A stretch of DNA of 64,000 bases from Candidatus Kuenenia stuttgartensis (GCA_945876185.1 CAMCMZ010000002.1:24073-88072); one strand, 5' to 3'; counted from the first letter of the stretch, positions 48,078 to 57,820 are shown. The notes: generated by a model not told the origin, from the sequence alone. Numbers and translations are program-made.

Positions 48078-49087
48078 GGTTGCACCACCACCAGATCATC
48101 GGGCGCGATCACCACGGTCACCGCGTCGCCAGCCTTGCGCTCCGGCGGATCCGGTTCGACCACGGTCAAACGCAGGCCGCTGGCATCGACCGTCCACTGG
48201 GCGCGATCGCCCTGGTAGGCGCCATCAATCAGCACGGCGGCTACACCAGGTGCGCCGGTCACGCCGACAGAGGGCGCGCCAGCGCCAGCGAGCCGGATCT
48301 TCTCCGGCCGCAGGCAGTGCAGCTCACCGTTGGCGCGACCGGTCAACCGGATTGCCGCAGCGCGGTCGAGCAGGTTCGCTTCGCCCAGAAAGCGCGCCAC
48401 CGCCGCGTCGACTGGGCGGGCATAGCACTCGCGCGGCGTACCGACCTGGGCGACCCGGCCGCCAACCATCACCGCCAACCGGTCAGCGGTGGCCAGAGCC
48501 TCAGCCTGGTCGTGGGTGACGTAGATCGCGGTGGTGCCGGACTGCTTGCAGATGCGCCGGATCTCGCCGCGCATTTCCTGGCGCAGCCGCGCGTCGAGGT
48601 TCGACAGTGGTTCGTCGAGCAGCAGCACCTGCGGCCGGGTCACCACCGCGCGCGCCAAGGCGACGCGCTGCTGCTGACCGCCGGACAGTTCACCAACCTT
48701 GCGTGCGCCATAACCCGACAGGCCGACCGCCGCGAGCGCTGCGTCGACCCGCGCAGCGCGTTCGCTGCCGCCGACCCGCTGCATCTCCAGGCCAAAGGCG
48801 ACGTTGCCGGCGACATCCAGGTGCGGCCACAGGCAGTAATTCTGGAACACCATGCCGAGGTTGCGTCGCTCAGTCGGCAGCGCCGTCACGTCGGCACCGC
48901 CGAAGCGGATGACGCCCGCGTCGGGTCGCTCGAAGCCGGCAACCAGGCGCAGCAGGGTGGTCTTGCCGCAGCCGCTCGCGCCGAGGAGGAAGAACAGCTC
49001 GCCCGCCGCGATGTCGAGGCTGACGCCGTCGAGCACCGGCGTCGCGCCGTACGAGAACGACACACCCTGGATCGTGACGGGAACCAT
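48074..49087 (-). CDS. ABC transporter ATP-binding protein (FbpC/PotA-like)
   Basis: Walker A GASGCGKTT. LSGGQQQRVALARA signature. Walker B LLLDEP. C-terminal TOBE-like domain. Confidence 0.85.
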   Translation of the reverse strand: MVPVTIQGVSFSYGATPVLDGVSLDIAAGELFFLLGASGCGKTTLLRLVAGFERPDAGVIRFGGADVTALPTERRNLGMVFQNYCLWPHLDVAGNVAFGLEMQRVGGSERAARVDAALAAVGLSGYGARKVGELSGGQQQRVALARAVVTRPQVLLLDEPLSNLDARLRQEMRGEIRRICKQSGTTAIYVTHDQAEALATADRLAVMVGGRVAQVGTPRECYARPVDAAVARFLGEANLLDRAAAIRLTGRANGELHCLRPEKIRLAGAGAPSVGVTGAPGVAAVLIDGAYQGDRAQWTVDASGLRLTVVEPDPPERKAGDAVTVVIAPDDLVVVQP

Positions 49088-49167
49088 GGCGCGGGATGCT
49101 GGGCCGGCGCGTCGCCAGGCAATGCCGGAGCAATGCAGCTATTATTGCGAAAATCCGGCCCGTTTCT

Positions 49168-49184
49168 TAACTTAACGAAAGTTA
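49168..49184. promoter_or_regulatory. Operator-like palindrome TAACTT-N5-AAGTTA in the AT-rich divergent promoter region
   Basis: TAACTTAACGAAAGTTA lies within a locally AT-rich ~70-bp stretch between the divergently transcribed ABC operon and the repeat-protein gene. Confidence 0.25.
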
Positions 49185-49250
49185 TTTACTTTATAAACGG
49201 TCGTGTACTATCTCGCCCAACCACCTGTCCCTGCACCGCTGGAGGAATCC

Positions 49251-51491
49251 ATGTCGACCCACCTCACCCGTCTGCTGCCCACCTGCGCCCTGATCGCGCT
49301 GTCCCCCGCCCTGTCCCCCACCCAAGTCCAGGCCGTCGAACACGACGGTCCGCAGACAACGGCCTGGCCGCTCCTGGTGCATGAGTACCAGGACGACGGC
49401 AGCGAGCGCACCATGGCCATGTTCTACCTCTACCATCAGGTCACCGATGCCCAGGGCGAGACGCGATCGTTCGGCGTCGGGCCGTACCTGCACAACCGCG
49501 ACCTGACCGCGGTGATGCCGTTCTGGTGGCGCTTCGGCCCCGAGGGCGCGAAGAGCACCTGGTTCTTGCCGCTCTGGATGCAGGGGCCGGGCTACGCCGG
49601 TGCGCCGCTCGCGCTGTCGGGCACCTGGCAGCGCGACGGCGGCGGCACGGCGCGGTGGGTCACGCCGTTCTTCCACGCCAATCGCCGTGCGAACGGCACG
49701 CTGGAGGACCTCCACGCGTTGAACTACCTGCAAGGCCAGGACTGGTGGTGCCTCGCGCCGCTCGCCTGGCAGAACGGTGCGCCGGGCCGCAAGCACACCT
49801 ACGTCCTGCCGCCGGTGTACTTTGACGGGCCGGACTGGTGGGCCGCACCGCCGCTGCTGTCAGGTGGTTGGAAGGATCGCGACGGCAGCCGTTCGACCTG
49901 GGTGACGCCGCTCTTCCATCACCGCCGTGAGGCCAATGGCGACAGCGCATTCCATGTCGCGACCTTCTATAAGGACAACGAAGGTTGGCTCATGTTTCCG
50001 TTCGCATGGAACTACGGAGACAGCGCCGCCGCGCTGCCCTTTTGGGTCCAGGGTCCGCGCGGCTGGGGCATTCCGGGAATCTTGACCGCCCACTGGCAGA
50101 CGCGCACCGGCGGCACCCAGACCTGGGTCACGCCGCTCGTCCACGTCAGCGCTGACGCCCATGGAAATATCGAGAACTGGCATGCCTTCCCGTGGTTTCA
50201 GGGCAAGGACTGGGGCACGCTCTTCCCGCTCGTCTGGTATCGCACCGGCAATGACGGCACCCGCTTCGAGGTCCTGCCGGCCTGGTTCCACGGCCCGGAC
50301 TACGATGTGGTGCCGCTGGCGCTCAGCGCCTGGTGGAAGCGCGACGATGGCGGCAGTTCGACCTGGGTCACGCCGCTCTACCACCACGATCGCAACGCCC
50401 AGGGTCGGATCACCAACTGGCATGCGCTGACGGCCTTCAGCACCGACCAGAGCCGTGGCTTCCTGCCGCTGTTTTACCAGCACGACACCGCCCAGGGCAG
50501 CCACCTGACGGTGCTGCCGCCACTCTATTTCCAGGGCCCGGACTACAAACTGGCCCCGATCCCCTTCGTCGGCCAATGGCAGAACCACGCTGGCGGGCGC
50601 AGCACCTGGGTCACGCCGCTCTTCCACCACCGCACGGATGCCGCTGGTGCCACCACCGACTGGCACCTGGGGCCTTACGTCAGCATCGGCGACAACCAGT
50701 TCTGCCTGCCCTACTACGCCTTCGGCCCGGCCAACGACCGCAGGCGCGGCGTCCTGCCCCTGTATTACCAGGGCAAGGATTACTGCGTGGTGGCACCGTT
50801 CTACTTCCAGGGGAAATCGGACTGGATCGCGCCACCGCTGCTGTCGGGCAAGTGGACCGACGACCAGGGCCACGAAACCACGCTGTGGACGCCGTTTTTC
50901 CATCACACGACCGCGCAGGGGAAGACGCTGCACGCGCATCTGCTGAACTACGTGCAGACGCCGGAGGTGGAGACCGCCTTCCCGATCTACTGGGCCTGGG
51001 GAAAAGCGGATGAGCGGAAGACGTTGGTCGCGCCGTTCTATTTCCAAAGCCGCGCCAGCGACGGCAGCGTCAGCCGGGTAGTGCCGCCTGCGCTCTTCCA
51101 GTACCGGGAAGCGAAGACGCTCGACGATTCATTCCTCGGCCAGTGCGTGCCGTTCCGTTATCAGACCGCCGACAACGGCAGCGAGCTCAATCTGCTCTGG
51201 CGCATGTACCATCACCGGCAGCAGCCGGGCAGGAGCGAGCAGACCTTCGGCGAACTACTGTGGTCGCACGAACGCCGGCCCGACGCGCCGCTGCAATGGA
51301 GCGTGCTCGGCGGCCTGTTCGGCCGCTTCTGCAACTACGAATCCGGCACCAGCCGGATCTACGCCCTGTACGGCCTGATCCAAGGTGGACGTTCGCATTT
51401 CACGCCAAAATCCACGAATCCCAACACCAGTCCGCACACCGTCGCCGCCGTCCTGCCACACCAATCCGCCTCTGCACCCACCACCAAGTGA
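49251..51491 (+). CDS. Large secreted repeat protein (~10 tandem ~47-aa repeats with W-x-TPLFHH core), unknown family
   Basis: GGAGG RBS 6 nt upstream. Signal peptide MSTHLTRLLPTCALIALSPALSPTQVQA. Recurring G.W....G....TWVTP(L/F)(F/Y)HH...A.G and LPP.YF.GPD(Y/W) units. Confidence 0.6.
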   Translation: MSTHLTRLLPTCALIALSPALSPTQVQAVEHDGPQTTAWPLLVHEYQDDGSERTMAMFYLYHQVTDAQGETRSFGVGPYLHNRDLTAVMPFWWRFGPEGAKSTWFLPLWMQGPGYAGAPLALSGTWQRDGGGTARWVTPFFHANRRANGTLEDLHALNYLQGQDWWCLAPLAWQNGAPGRKHTYVLPPVYFDGPDWWAAPPLLSGGWKDRDGSRSTWVTPLFHHRREANGDSAFHVATFYKDNEGWLMFPFAWNYGDSAAALPFWVQGPRGWGIPGILTAHWQTRTGGTQTWVTPLVHVSADAHGNIENWHAFPWFQGKDWGTLFPLVWYRTGNDGTRFEVLPAWFHGPDYDVVPLALSAWWKRDDGGSSTWVTPLYHHDRNAQGRITNWHALTAFSTDQSRGFLPLFYQHDTAQGSHLTVLPPLYFQGPDYKLAPIPFVGQWQNHAGGRSTWVTPLFHHRTDAAGATTDWHLGPYVSIGDNQFCLPYYAFGPANDRRRGVLPLYYQGKDYCVVAPFYFQGKSDWIAPPLLSGKWTDDQGHETTLWTPFFHHTTAQGKTLHAHLLNYVQTPEVETAFPIYWAWGKADERKTLVAPFYFQSRASDGSVSRVVPPALFQYREAKTLDDSFLGQCVPFRYQTADNGSELNLLWRMYHHRQQPGRSEQTFGELLWSHERRPDAPLQWSVLGGLFGRFCNYESGTSRIYALYGLIQGGRSHFTPKSTNPNTSPHTVAAVLPHQSASAPTTK

Positions 51492-51499
51492 GTCCCACC

Positions 51500-52090
51500 A
51501 TGCTTCGTCCCATCGTCGCGATCGTCATGCTGCTTTCCCTCACCTGCGCCACCGGCTGCACCAGCCGCCACGCGGATCCGGCCACGCCGTCGTCGCACGC
51601 AGCGGCATCCGCTGCGCTGGGATCGACCGGACAGGTGCGACCACCGACGCACCTCGACCGCGCCGTGGCGATCCTGGAAGAGCACTTGGGCGGGGCTGAC
51701 CCGGCCCTGGTGCCGCTGCTCGATTGCCGGATGCGCCTGTGCGCCAGCGCTGCGCAGTGGCCAAGCGCCTCGGCCGATGGCGAGCGCATCCTCGCCATTC
51801 TCGCACTGAGCGGCGGCACCGATCGCCAGGACTACGTCGCCGTGCTGAACGGGGTCATCGCCCTGCACGCGCAGGCCGGCGACCTGATCCGCGCCATCGC
51901 CCGCGCCCGGGAATCCGCCGCCATCATTGCGCGGGTGCTCGGCCCGGCCGATCCGAATCTCGCTGTGGCGCAGCGTAACCTCGCCGGGCTGCTGCGCCGC
52001 ACCGGGGTCGAGCTCGACCGCCTTGAGGCTGATCGCATCGACCCGCGCGTGGCGACGGTGCCACCGATGTTGCAACCTTCGACGCCGTGA
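51500..52090 (+). CDS. Lipoprotein, helical (TPR-like) hypothetical
   Basis: Lipobox LTCATGC after MLRPIVAIVMLL. Remainder predicted helical. 9 bp after the repeat-protein stop. Confidence 0.5.
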   Translation: MLRPIVAIVMLLSLTCATGCTSRHADPATPSSHAAASAALGSTGQVRPPTHLDRAVAILEEHLGGADPALVPLLDCRMRLCASAAQWPSASADGERILAILALSGGTDRQDYVAVLNGVIALHAQAGDLIRAIARARESAAIIARVLGPADPNLAVAQRNLAGLLRRTGVELDRLEADRIDPRVATVPPMLQPSTP

Positions 52091-52143
52091 AACGACGCGC
52101 ATCCAGGCGTTCCACCTGATGGGGAATGCCGCATGCTCACGGC

Positions 52144-52698
52144 ATGAAACTCCGCCGGTTCCTGCTCCTGGCCGCGCCATTGGCGGTGGTCGCCGCCATC
52201 CTGATGCCGGGCTGCTCTGCGGCGCGGCCCATGCCCACGGTGCCGAAAGTAGACCTCAAGCGCATGGAGGGCACCTGGTACGTCATCACCCACATCTCGT
52301 ATTGGCTGGAAGAAGGCAAGGTCGCCACCGCCGACCGCTACCGCCTGCGTGAAGACGGCCGGATGGACAACACCTACGTCTTCCGACGCGGGACGTTCGA
52401 CGCCCCGGAAGAGGAATGGCACGGCGTCGCCTGGGTCCACAACGCGCAGACCAATGCGCATTGGAAGGTGCGCTTCCTCTGGCCGTTCTCGATCGACTAC
52501 CTGATCATCGACCTCGACCCGGATTATCGCTGGCTCGCAGTCGGGCATCCGTCGCGTGACTACTTCTGGATCCTCTGCCGTGAACGTCGGCTCGACGCCC
52601 AGGTGAAGGCCGGCATCGTCGCGCGGGCCGTGGCGCAGGGCTACGACGCCAGCCGCTTCGCGGATGTGCCGCAGCCGACTGAACCGGCAGCAAAGTGA
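52144..52698 (+). CDS. blc: Bacterial lipocalin Blc (outer-membrane lipoprotein)
   Basis: Lipobox LMPGC. DLKRMEGTWYVIT matches the lipocalin SCR1 motif (GxWY). Blc-like length. Confidence 0.75.
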   Translation: MKLRRFLLLAAPLAVVAAILMPGCSAARPMPTVPKVDLKRMEGTWYVITHISYWLEEGKVATADRYRLREDGRMDNTYVFRRGTFDAPEEEWHGVAWVHNAQTNAHWKVRFLWPFSIDYLIIDLDPDYRWLAVGHPSRDYFWILCRERRLDAQVKAGIVARAVAQGYDASRFADVPQPTEPAAK

Positions 52699-52734
52699 AG
52701 TTCGGCCGATTGGCAGCAATCGAAGAACCCGACC

Positions 52735-53376
52735 TCAGCCGAACAATCGACGGATCAGCCATTCCGTGAGAAAAAACACCACCCCGACCGCGATCGCCCC
52801 GATGGCGGCGTGGACCACCGCGATCCAGAGCGCGTGCAGCGCCTGCCCTTGGCAATAGCGGACATTGACCAGGGCCATGCGCAGTCCTTGGCGGAGCAGG
52901 AAATACAAGGGCACCCAGATCACGAACATGGTGAACCCGAGCAGATTCACGCCCAGCCAGGCCAGTCCGATGACCAGCAAGATGAGGACGATGGCCACCA
53001 GGATGCCGAGCAGGAATGCCAGGATGCCACCGATGAGGTCATCGCCGAAATCGAAATCGGGCGTCGGGATCTGTCCCAGATTGACGCCGGATTCCGCGAT
53101 GGATTCACAGGTCTCGCGCCAGGAAACGCCCTTCCAGCTCCAGCGCACGACGCCGTTGTCATAACGGACACCCCGGTAGAGCATCACGAAGTAGTAGACC
53201 GCCAGGGCCAGGAAGACGAAACCTGATCCGACCAGCGATTCCTTGAGCACCGATTTGTGGACGCCGAGTCCGATCGCGACGAGCCCGATGACCAGGGCGA
53301 AGACGAGCACCACGATGTGGCTGCTCAACGAGATGCGCGGGATGAAATAGGTGCGGAATTTCATGGGGTTATTCAT
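52735..53376 (-). CDS. Hypothetical polytopic membrane protein
   Basis: ~213 aa. Four or more hydrophobic helices. No recognised domain. Confidence 0.5.
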   Translation of the reverse strand: MNNPMKFRTYFIPRISLSSHIVVLVFALVIGLVAIGLGVHKSVLKESLVGSGFVFLALAVYYFVMLYRGVRYDNGVVRWSWKGVSWRETCESIAESGVNLGQIPTPDFDFGDDLIGGILAFLLGILVAIVLILLVIGLAWLGVNLLGFTMFVIWVPLYFLLRQGLRMALVNVRYCQGQALHALWIAVVHAAIGAIAVGVVFFLTEWLIRRLFG

Positions 53377-53398
53377 GCGTTGGTGATTCCCGTCGGGG

Positions 53399-54178
53399 TC
53401 AGAAGAACGATGGGCCGGTCGGTTCGGATTCAGAGTCATCGTCCGCCGCATCGATTGCGGCGGTGGGTTTCGCACCGCCAATCAGTGCAAGTTCGCCCCG
53501 GCGCGGCGTGCGCGCGAGGCAGCACAGCAGCACCTGCAGGGCGCCGGCTGCACGCAGCGCCTTGGCGGCGGCGCTGGCGGTGGCGCCACTGGTGACGAGA
53601 TCGTCGACCAGGACGACGGTTCCGGTCAGGCTTTCGCGACAGCGGAAGAGATCCGCGACGTTGCGCTCGCGGTCGGTGGCGGACAGCGCGTGCTGCTCGG
53701 CCGGGAAGCGGGTGGCGACGAGCAATCCCGGTCGGCAGGGCAGGCGGTGCCGCCGCGCCAATCGGCGCGCGAGTCCGGTTGCCAGGTGCGGGCCGGGTCG
53801 GCGGCCCGGTGCGGGTGGGATCGGAACCACCAGGTTGGGCGGTTCATCGTCCTGGTAGAATGCAGCTAATCCGGGCAGCAATCCGGCCAGCACCCGCGCG
53901 GCCGCCGGGCGGGCCCCGGCCTTGGCGTCGCCGACCAGGCGCTTCACCGTGCCGGCGTAATGCCAGGTCACCGCGATGGCGGCAATGTGGGTGAAACCAC
54001 GTCCAGCGCAGGCGGAACAGTCAGCTTCAGGATCTTTGCGCGGGGCGCCGCACCACGCGCATGGACTGATGATCGCCGGCAGGGACGCGAAGCAGGCCGG
54101 ACACAGGTCGGGCCCGGCGGCGAGGTGGCAGCCGGGGCAGACGCTGGGCAGCAAGAGATCAAGAACGGCGGACCACAT
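53399..54178 (-). CDS. comF: ComF-family protein (phosphoribosyltransferase domain, N-terminal Cys4 zinc ribbon)
   Basis: CPGC...CPAC...CAWC...CSAC zinc-finger. PRT motif VVLVDDLVTSGAT. Confidence 0.7.
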   Translation of the reverse strand: MWSAVLDLLLPSVCPGCHLAAGPDLCPACFASLPAIISPCAWCGAPRKDPEADCSACAGRGFTHIAAIAVTWHYAGTVKRLVGDAKAGARPAAARVLAGLLPGLAAFYQDDEPPNLVVPIPPAPGRRPGPHLATGLARRLARRHRLPCRPGLLVATRFPAEQHALSATDRERNVADLFRCRESLTGTVVLVDDLVTSGATASAAAKALRAAGALQVLLCCLARTPRRGELALIGGAKPTAAIDAADDDSESEPTGPSFF

Positions 54179-54185
54179 CGCCGGT

Positions 54186-55160
54186 TCAGGCGACGGGTTG
54201 GCCGGGCGTAGCGGATTCAGCGGCGATCGGGCCTGGCCCGACCGGAGTCGCCGCGCTGGTGAGATCGCGGAAGACGTCTTCCAAGCTGCGGCGTTCCTCG
54301 ACCAGTTCACGCAGACCGCCGGCGGATTCGGCGGCGGCGATGAGGTCGGCGCGCCGTTCGATCGCGGCCTCGACCACGACGCTGTCGCCGTCGAGCACGG
54401 CTGCCCAGCCTTCGGCGGCGAGGCGATCGGCGAAGAGTTCGGGCGAGCCGGCACGCAGGCGCACGCGCACCCGGCCTGCGCGTGCGGCGCGGGCGCGCAG
54501 GGCCTCGACCGGTTCGTCGGCGATGGTGCGGCCGCGATGGACGACGACGACGCGTGAACAGACCGCCTCGACCTCGCCCAGGATGTGGGTCGAGAGCAGG
54601 ATGGTGTGGCGGCCGGCGAGCGAACGCAGCAGGTCGCGGAAGTTGGCGACCTGGGTCGGGTCGAGGCCGTTGGTCGGTTCGTCGAGGATGATGAGCGGCG
54701 GGCGCGCGAGGAGCGCCTGGGCGAGGCCGACGCGCTGGCGGTTGCCTTTCGACAGTTTGCGGATGTGGCGGGTGGCCTGTTCTTTCAGCCACGCGGCCTC
54801 GATGGATTCGAGCACCGCGCGGCGGCGTTCGGCGGCCGGGATGCCCTTCAGACGCGCGACGTGGTCGAGATACGCGTCAACGCGCATATCGAGGTACAGC
54901 GGCAGCTCTTCCGGGAGATAGCCGATCGCACGGCGGCAGGCGAGGGGGTCTGCGACCAGGTCGTGGCCGCACACCGTCGCCGAGCCGCCGCCGGGGGCGA
55001 GGAAGCCGGTGAGGATCTTCATCGTGGTCGACTTGCCCGCGCCGTTGGGGCCGAGAAATCCCACGATTTCGCCAGCATTCAGAGTGAACGACACGTCGTG
55101 CAGGGCGGCGAACGTGCCGAAGTGCTTGCTCAGGCTGCGGGCCTCGAGGACGGCACCCAT
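54186..55160 (-). CDS. ABC transporter ATP-binding protein (ABC-2 type), no permease adjacent
   Basis: Walker A GPNGAGKSTTMKIL. LSKGNRQRVGLAQAL signature. ILDEP. Confidence 0.8.
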   Translation of the reverse strand: MGAVLEARSLSKHFGTFAALHDVSFTLNAGEIVGFLGPNGAGKSTTMKILTGFLAPGGGSATVCGHDLVADPLACRRAIGYLPEELPLYLDMRVDAYLDHVARLKGIPAAERRRAVLESIEAAWLKEQATRHIRKLSKGNRQRVGLAQALLARPPLIILDEPTNGLDPTQVANFRDLLRSLAGRHTILLSTHILGEVEAVCSRVVVVHRGRTIADEPVEALRARAARAGRVRVRLRAGSPELFADRLAAEGWAAVLDGDSVVVEAAIERRADLIAAAESAGGLRELVEERRSLEDVFRDLTSAATPVGPGPIAAESATPGQPVA

Positions 55161-56081
55161 TCAGGATTTCCGCACCGGCGGCGTGCGGCCGAGGACACCG
55201 AGCACGGTCTTGAGGTCATCCCAGCACGGCTTCTTCGCCGTAGGATTGCGCAGTAGATACGCGGGATGGTAGGTCGGGATCACCACCGTGCCGCGCCAGT
55301 CAAGGCGCCGGCCGCGCACGGTGGTGATGCCGCCGATGTCGGGACCGAACAGGGCTTTCAACGGCACGTTGCCGAGGGTGCAGATGACCTTGGGTTTGAG
55401 CAGCGCGAGTTGCCGGTGCAGGAAGGGGATGCAGCAGACGACCTCTTCCGGGGTCGGCGCTCGGTTCGGGGTGTCTTCGCCGGGTGGATGGCATTTCACG
55501 GTGTTGCAGATGAAGACGTCGCTGCGCGCGAAGCCCATGCCGGAGATCATCGCGGTCAGCAGTTCACCGGCGCGGCCGACGAAGGGGCGACCCGCTTCGT
55601 CTTCATCGACGCCGGGGCCTTCACCGATGAAGACGAGTTCGGGCTGGGGATTGCCCTCGCCGGGCACCGTGTTGCGGCGGATGGCGTGGAGCGGGCAGCG
55701 GGTGCAGGCCTTCACCTCGGCCGCGATGCGGTCGAGGGAATCGTCAGCGAGGACGGCAGGCGCGGGGGCAACGACGGGGGATGCGACCTCTGCCACGCGG
55801 GTATCAGGATGGCGCTCGCCAGTGGAATAAGCGGAAAAACCTTGGGGCACTGCGGTGGTCGTGGCTGAAACCGCCGTGCGAGCCGCCGGTGTGGGGGCGG
55901 CCAGTGGAAGGGCGACCAGCGCGGGGGCTGACGGTACCGCAGCGACCGGAAGCGACCGGGACACCGCCGGAACCGGCGATGCGGTCGGCACGGTGGCGCG
56001 GCCGAGGTACTCGACCCCGCTCGCGCGTTCGAGTTCAATGAGTTCGCGCACCGCCGCGATCAGTTGGGATCGTTCGTCCAT
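55161..56081 (-). CDS. Uracil-DNA glycosylase family 4 with Ala/Pro-rich N-terminal extension
   Basis: C-terminal ~190 aa with GEGPG motif (FIGEGPGVDEDEAGRPFVGRAG) and HPAYLLR. N-terminal ~120 aa low-complexity. Confidence 0.7.
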   Translation of the reverse strand: MDERSQLIAAVRELIELERASGVEYLGRATVPTASPVPAVSRSLPVAAVPSAPALVALPLAAPTPAARTAVSATTTAVPQGFSAYSTGERHPDTRVAEVASPVVAPAPAVLADDSLDRIAAEVKACTRCPLHAIRRNTVPGEGNPQPELVFIGEGPGVDEDEAGRPFVGRAGELLTAMISGMGFARSDVFICNTVKCHPPGEDTPNRAPTPEEVVCCIPFLHRQLALLKPKVICTLGNVPLKALFGPDIGGITTVRGRRLDWRGTVVIPTYHPAYLLRNPTAKKPCWDDLKTVLGVLGRTPPVRKS

Positions 56082-56209
56082 CGCGGGTCATTGAACAGGG
56101 GATGTGGACGCAGCAAGCGACGGTCGCCGACCGCCACCCGGGCGCCCCAAAATCTCATCTGCCGCGTGGGTTGAACAAATCTGCCGCGCTCCTTGGGAAA
56201 CGCAGGGGA

Positions 56210-56280
56210 TGGCCACAAAGAGCCCAAGGATCACACAGGCAGGCTGGCGATTTGTGGCCTTTGTGTTCTTTGTGGCCATC
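56210..56280. repeat. REP-like hairpin ATGGCCACAAAGAGCCCAAGG ... CTTTGTGGCCAT
   Basis: Inverted arms with TTTGTGGCC repeated inside. Same motif family as 15233-15358. Located between UDG and rhomboid genes. Confidence 0.35.
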
Positions 56281-56325
56281 GACTGTGTTCTTTGGAAGGT
56301 GCCCTGCGACCCGCGCCATCCGACA

Positions 56326-56946
56326 TCACTTCTTCGGTTTCTCGTGGCGCAGATGCCAGCTCGCCATCAAGCCGCCGATCAGGCCACCGAGGTGCATCTG
56401 CCAGCTCATCACCGGGCGTTCCGGGCTGGGCAGGACGAGCCACAGCGCACCGCCGAAGACCACCAGCACCAGCACCGCGACCACGAACGCGCCCAGGCTG
56501 CGGCGCAGGATGCCGTTCGCGATCAGGAAGCCGATCAGGCCGAAGATCACGCCGCTGATGCCGATGTGGACGACGTTGCCGCTGCTGAACACCCAGGCGC
56601 AGGTGCCCGCCCCGAGCATGCTGTAAAAAAAGGCGACCCAGGCCAGGTTGCGGCATTCGACCAGGGCGAAGAAGAGCAGCGGCACCAGGGCGATGGTGTT
56701 GGACAGGATGTGGCCGAACGAGATCCCAAGCAGGTGCGGCGGACCACCGGCCCAAGCGTGGAAAAAATGCGCGGTCAGGATGCCGACCAGACCCCAGGGT
56801 TCATGCGGGCGCACGCCCAGATGCTGCGATGGGCTGTATTGGAAGATCCCTTTGATGGCCAGATCCAGGACAAACACCACCCAGATGAAAACGGTGAACC
56901 CCAGCACCGTGACGATGGGGCTGGGGTCCTGGGTTCGTGCGGCCAC
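56326..56946 (-). CDS. Rhomboid-family intramembrane serine protease
   Basis: 206 aa. GxSG motif (GISGVIFGLIGF). Downstream His in a TM helix (AHLGGLIGG). Confidence 0.75.
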   Translation of the reverse strand: MAARTQDPSPIVTVLGFTVFIWVVFVLDLAIKGIFQYSPSQHLGVRPHEPWGLVGILTAHFFHAWAGGPPHLLGISFGHILSNTIALVPLLFFALVECRNLAWVAFFYSMLGAGTCAWVFSSGNVVHIGISGVIFGLIGFLIANGILRRSLGAFVVAVLVLVVFGGALWLVLPSPERPVMSWQMHLGGLIGGLMASWHLRHEKPKK

Positions 56947-56993
56947 TTTGTCAGAATCAGATTCAGATGAAGGATCAGGCCGTCAGCTGAGAA

Positions 56994-57659
56994 TCACTTG
57001 GAGATGACGACGATCTCGACCCGGCGGTTCTTGGCGCGGGCGGCGTCGGTGGTGGCCTTGTCGAGCGAGCGCTGGGCGCCGTAACCGGCGAAGGAGAGGT
57101 TCTTGGAATCAAGGCCGTGCTTATCGAGGTAACGCAGCACCTCTTGGGCGCGACCGCCGGAGAGATCCCAGTTGTCCTCCCACTGGTCCTTGCTGCGGCT
57201 GATCTTCTGGTCGTCGGTGTGGCCTTCGACGCGGACGTAGTGATTGGGGTACTGCTTCTGGATGGTGCCGACAACGCGACCCAGAATGGTCTGGGCATTG
57301 GATGACAGACGAGCCGAACCCGGCTTGAAAAGCACTCCGCTTTCAATCGTGAGGACGATGTCCTTGTCGCGGGTGCCGACTCCGACGTTGGCGCCAACGC
57401 CGATCTCAGTCTTCTTGATGTCCGGGGTAGCCGCTGGGACGGCGTCTATCGCCTTGCCGGCCTCCTCTTTGCCCCGCTTCGCCAACTGCGCTTCCAGATC
57501 CTGCACCTGCTGCCGCAGGGCATCGGCCTCGACCTGCTTGTACTCCAGATCGCGGCTGCTGGTGCAGCCCGAGGCGATCAGGGCGGCGAGGACGGCGGTA
57601 ATGCCGACCACGCGGATGCGGGAGCCGAAGGAGACGGTGGAGGCGGCGGCGTTGGTCAT
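56994..57659 (-). CDS. OmpA/MotB-domain lipoprotein with coiled-coil linker
   Basis: Start at MTNAAAS. Lipobox IASGC. C-terminal OmpA-like peptidoglycan-binding domain (HTD...R...NRRVEI). Confidence 0.75.
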   Translation of the reverse strand: MTNAAASTVSFGSRIRVVGITAVLAALIASGCTSSRDLEYKQVEADALRQQVQDLEAQLAKRGKEEAGKAIDAVPAATPDIKKTEIGVGANVGVGTRDKDIVLTIESGVLFKPGSARLSSNAQTILGRVVGTIQKQYPNHYVRVEGHTDDQKISRSKDQWEDNWDLSGGRAQEVLRYLDKHGLDSKNLSFAGYGAQRSLDKATTDAARAKNRRVEIVVISK

Positions 57660-57820
57660 AGGCCGGGCATATAAGCGCGTTGCCAGGTTTCCGCAAGATT
57701 CAGTCCAGCGTTCGCGGATCCGGCGACCGTTGCAGCCGAGCGACGCGGCGGGCGCTTGCGGGACGCAACGGCCACGCTGGTCCTTGCTGGTGCTGCGACC
57801 GGAAGCACGCTCGCCGCCCC

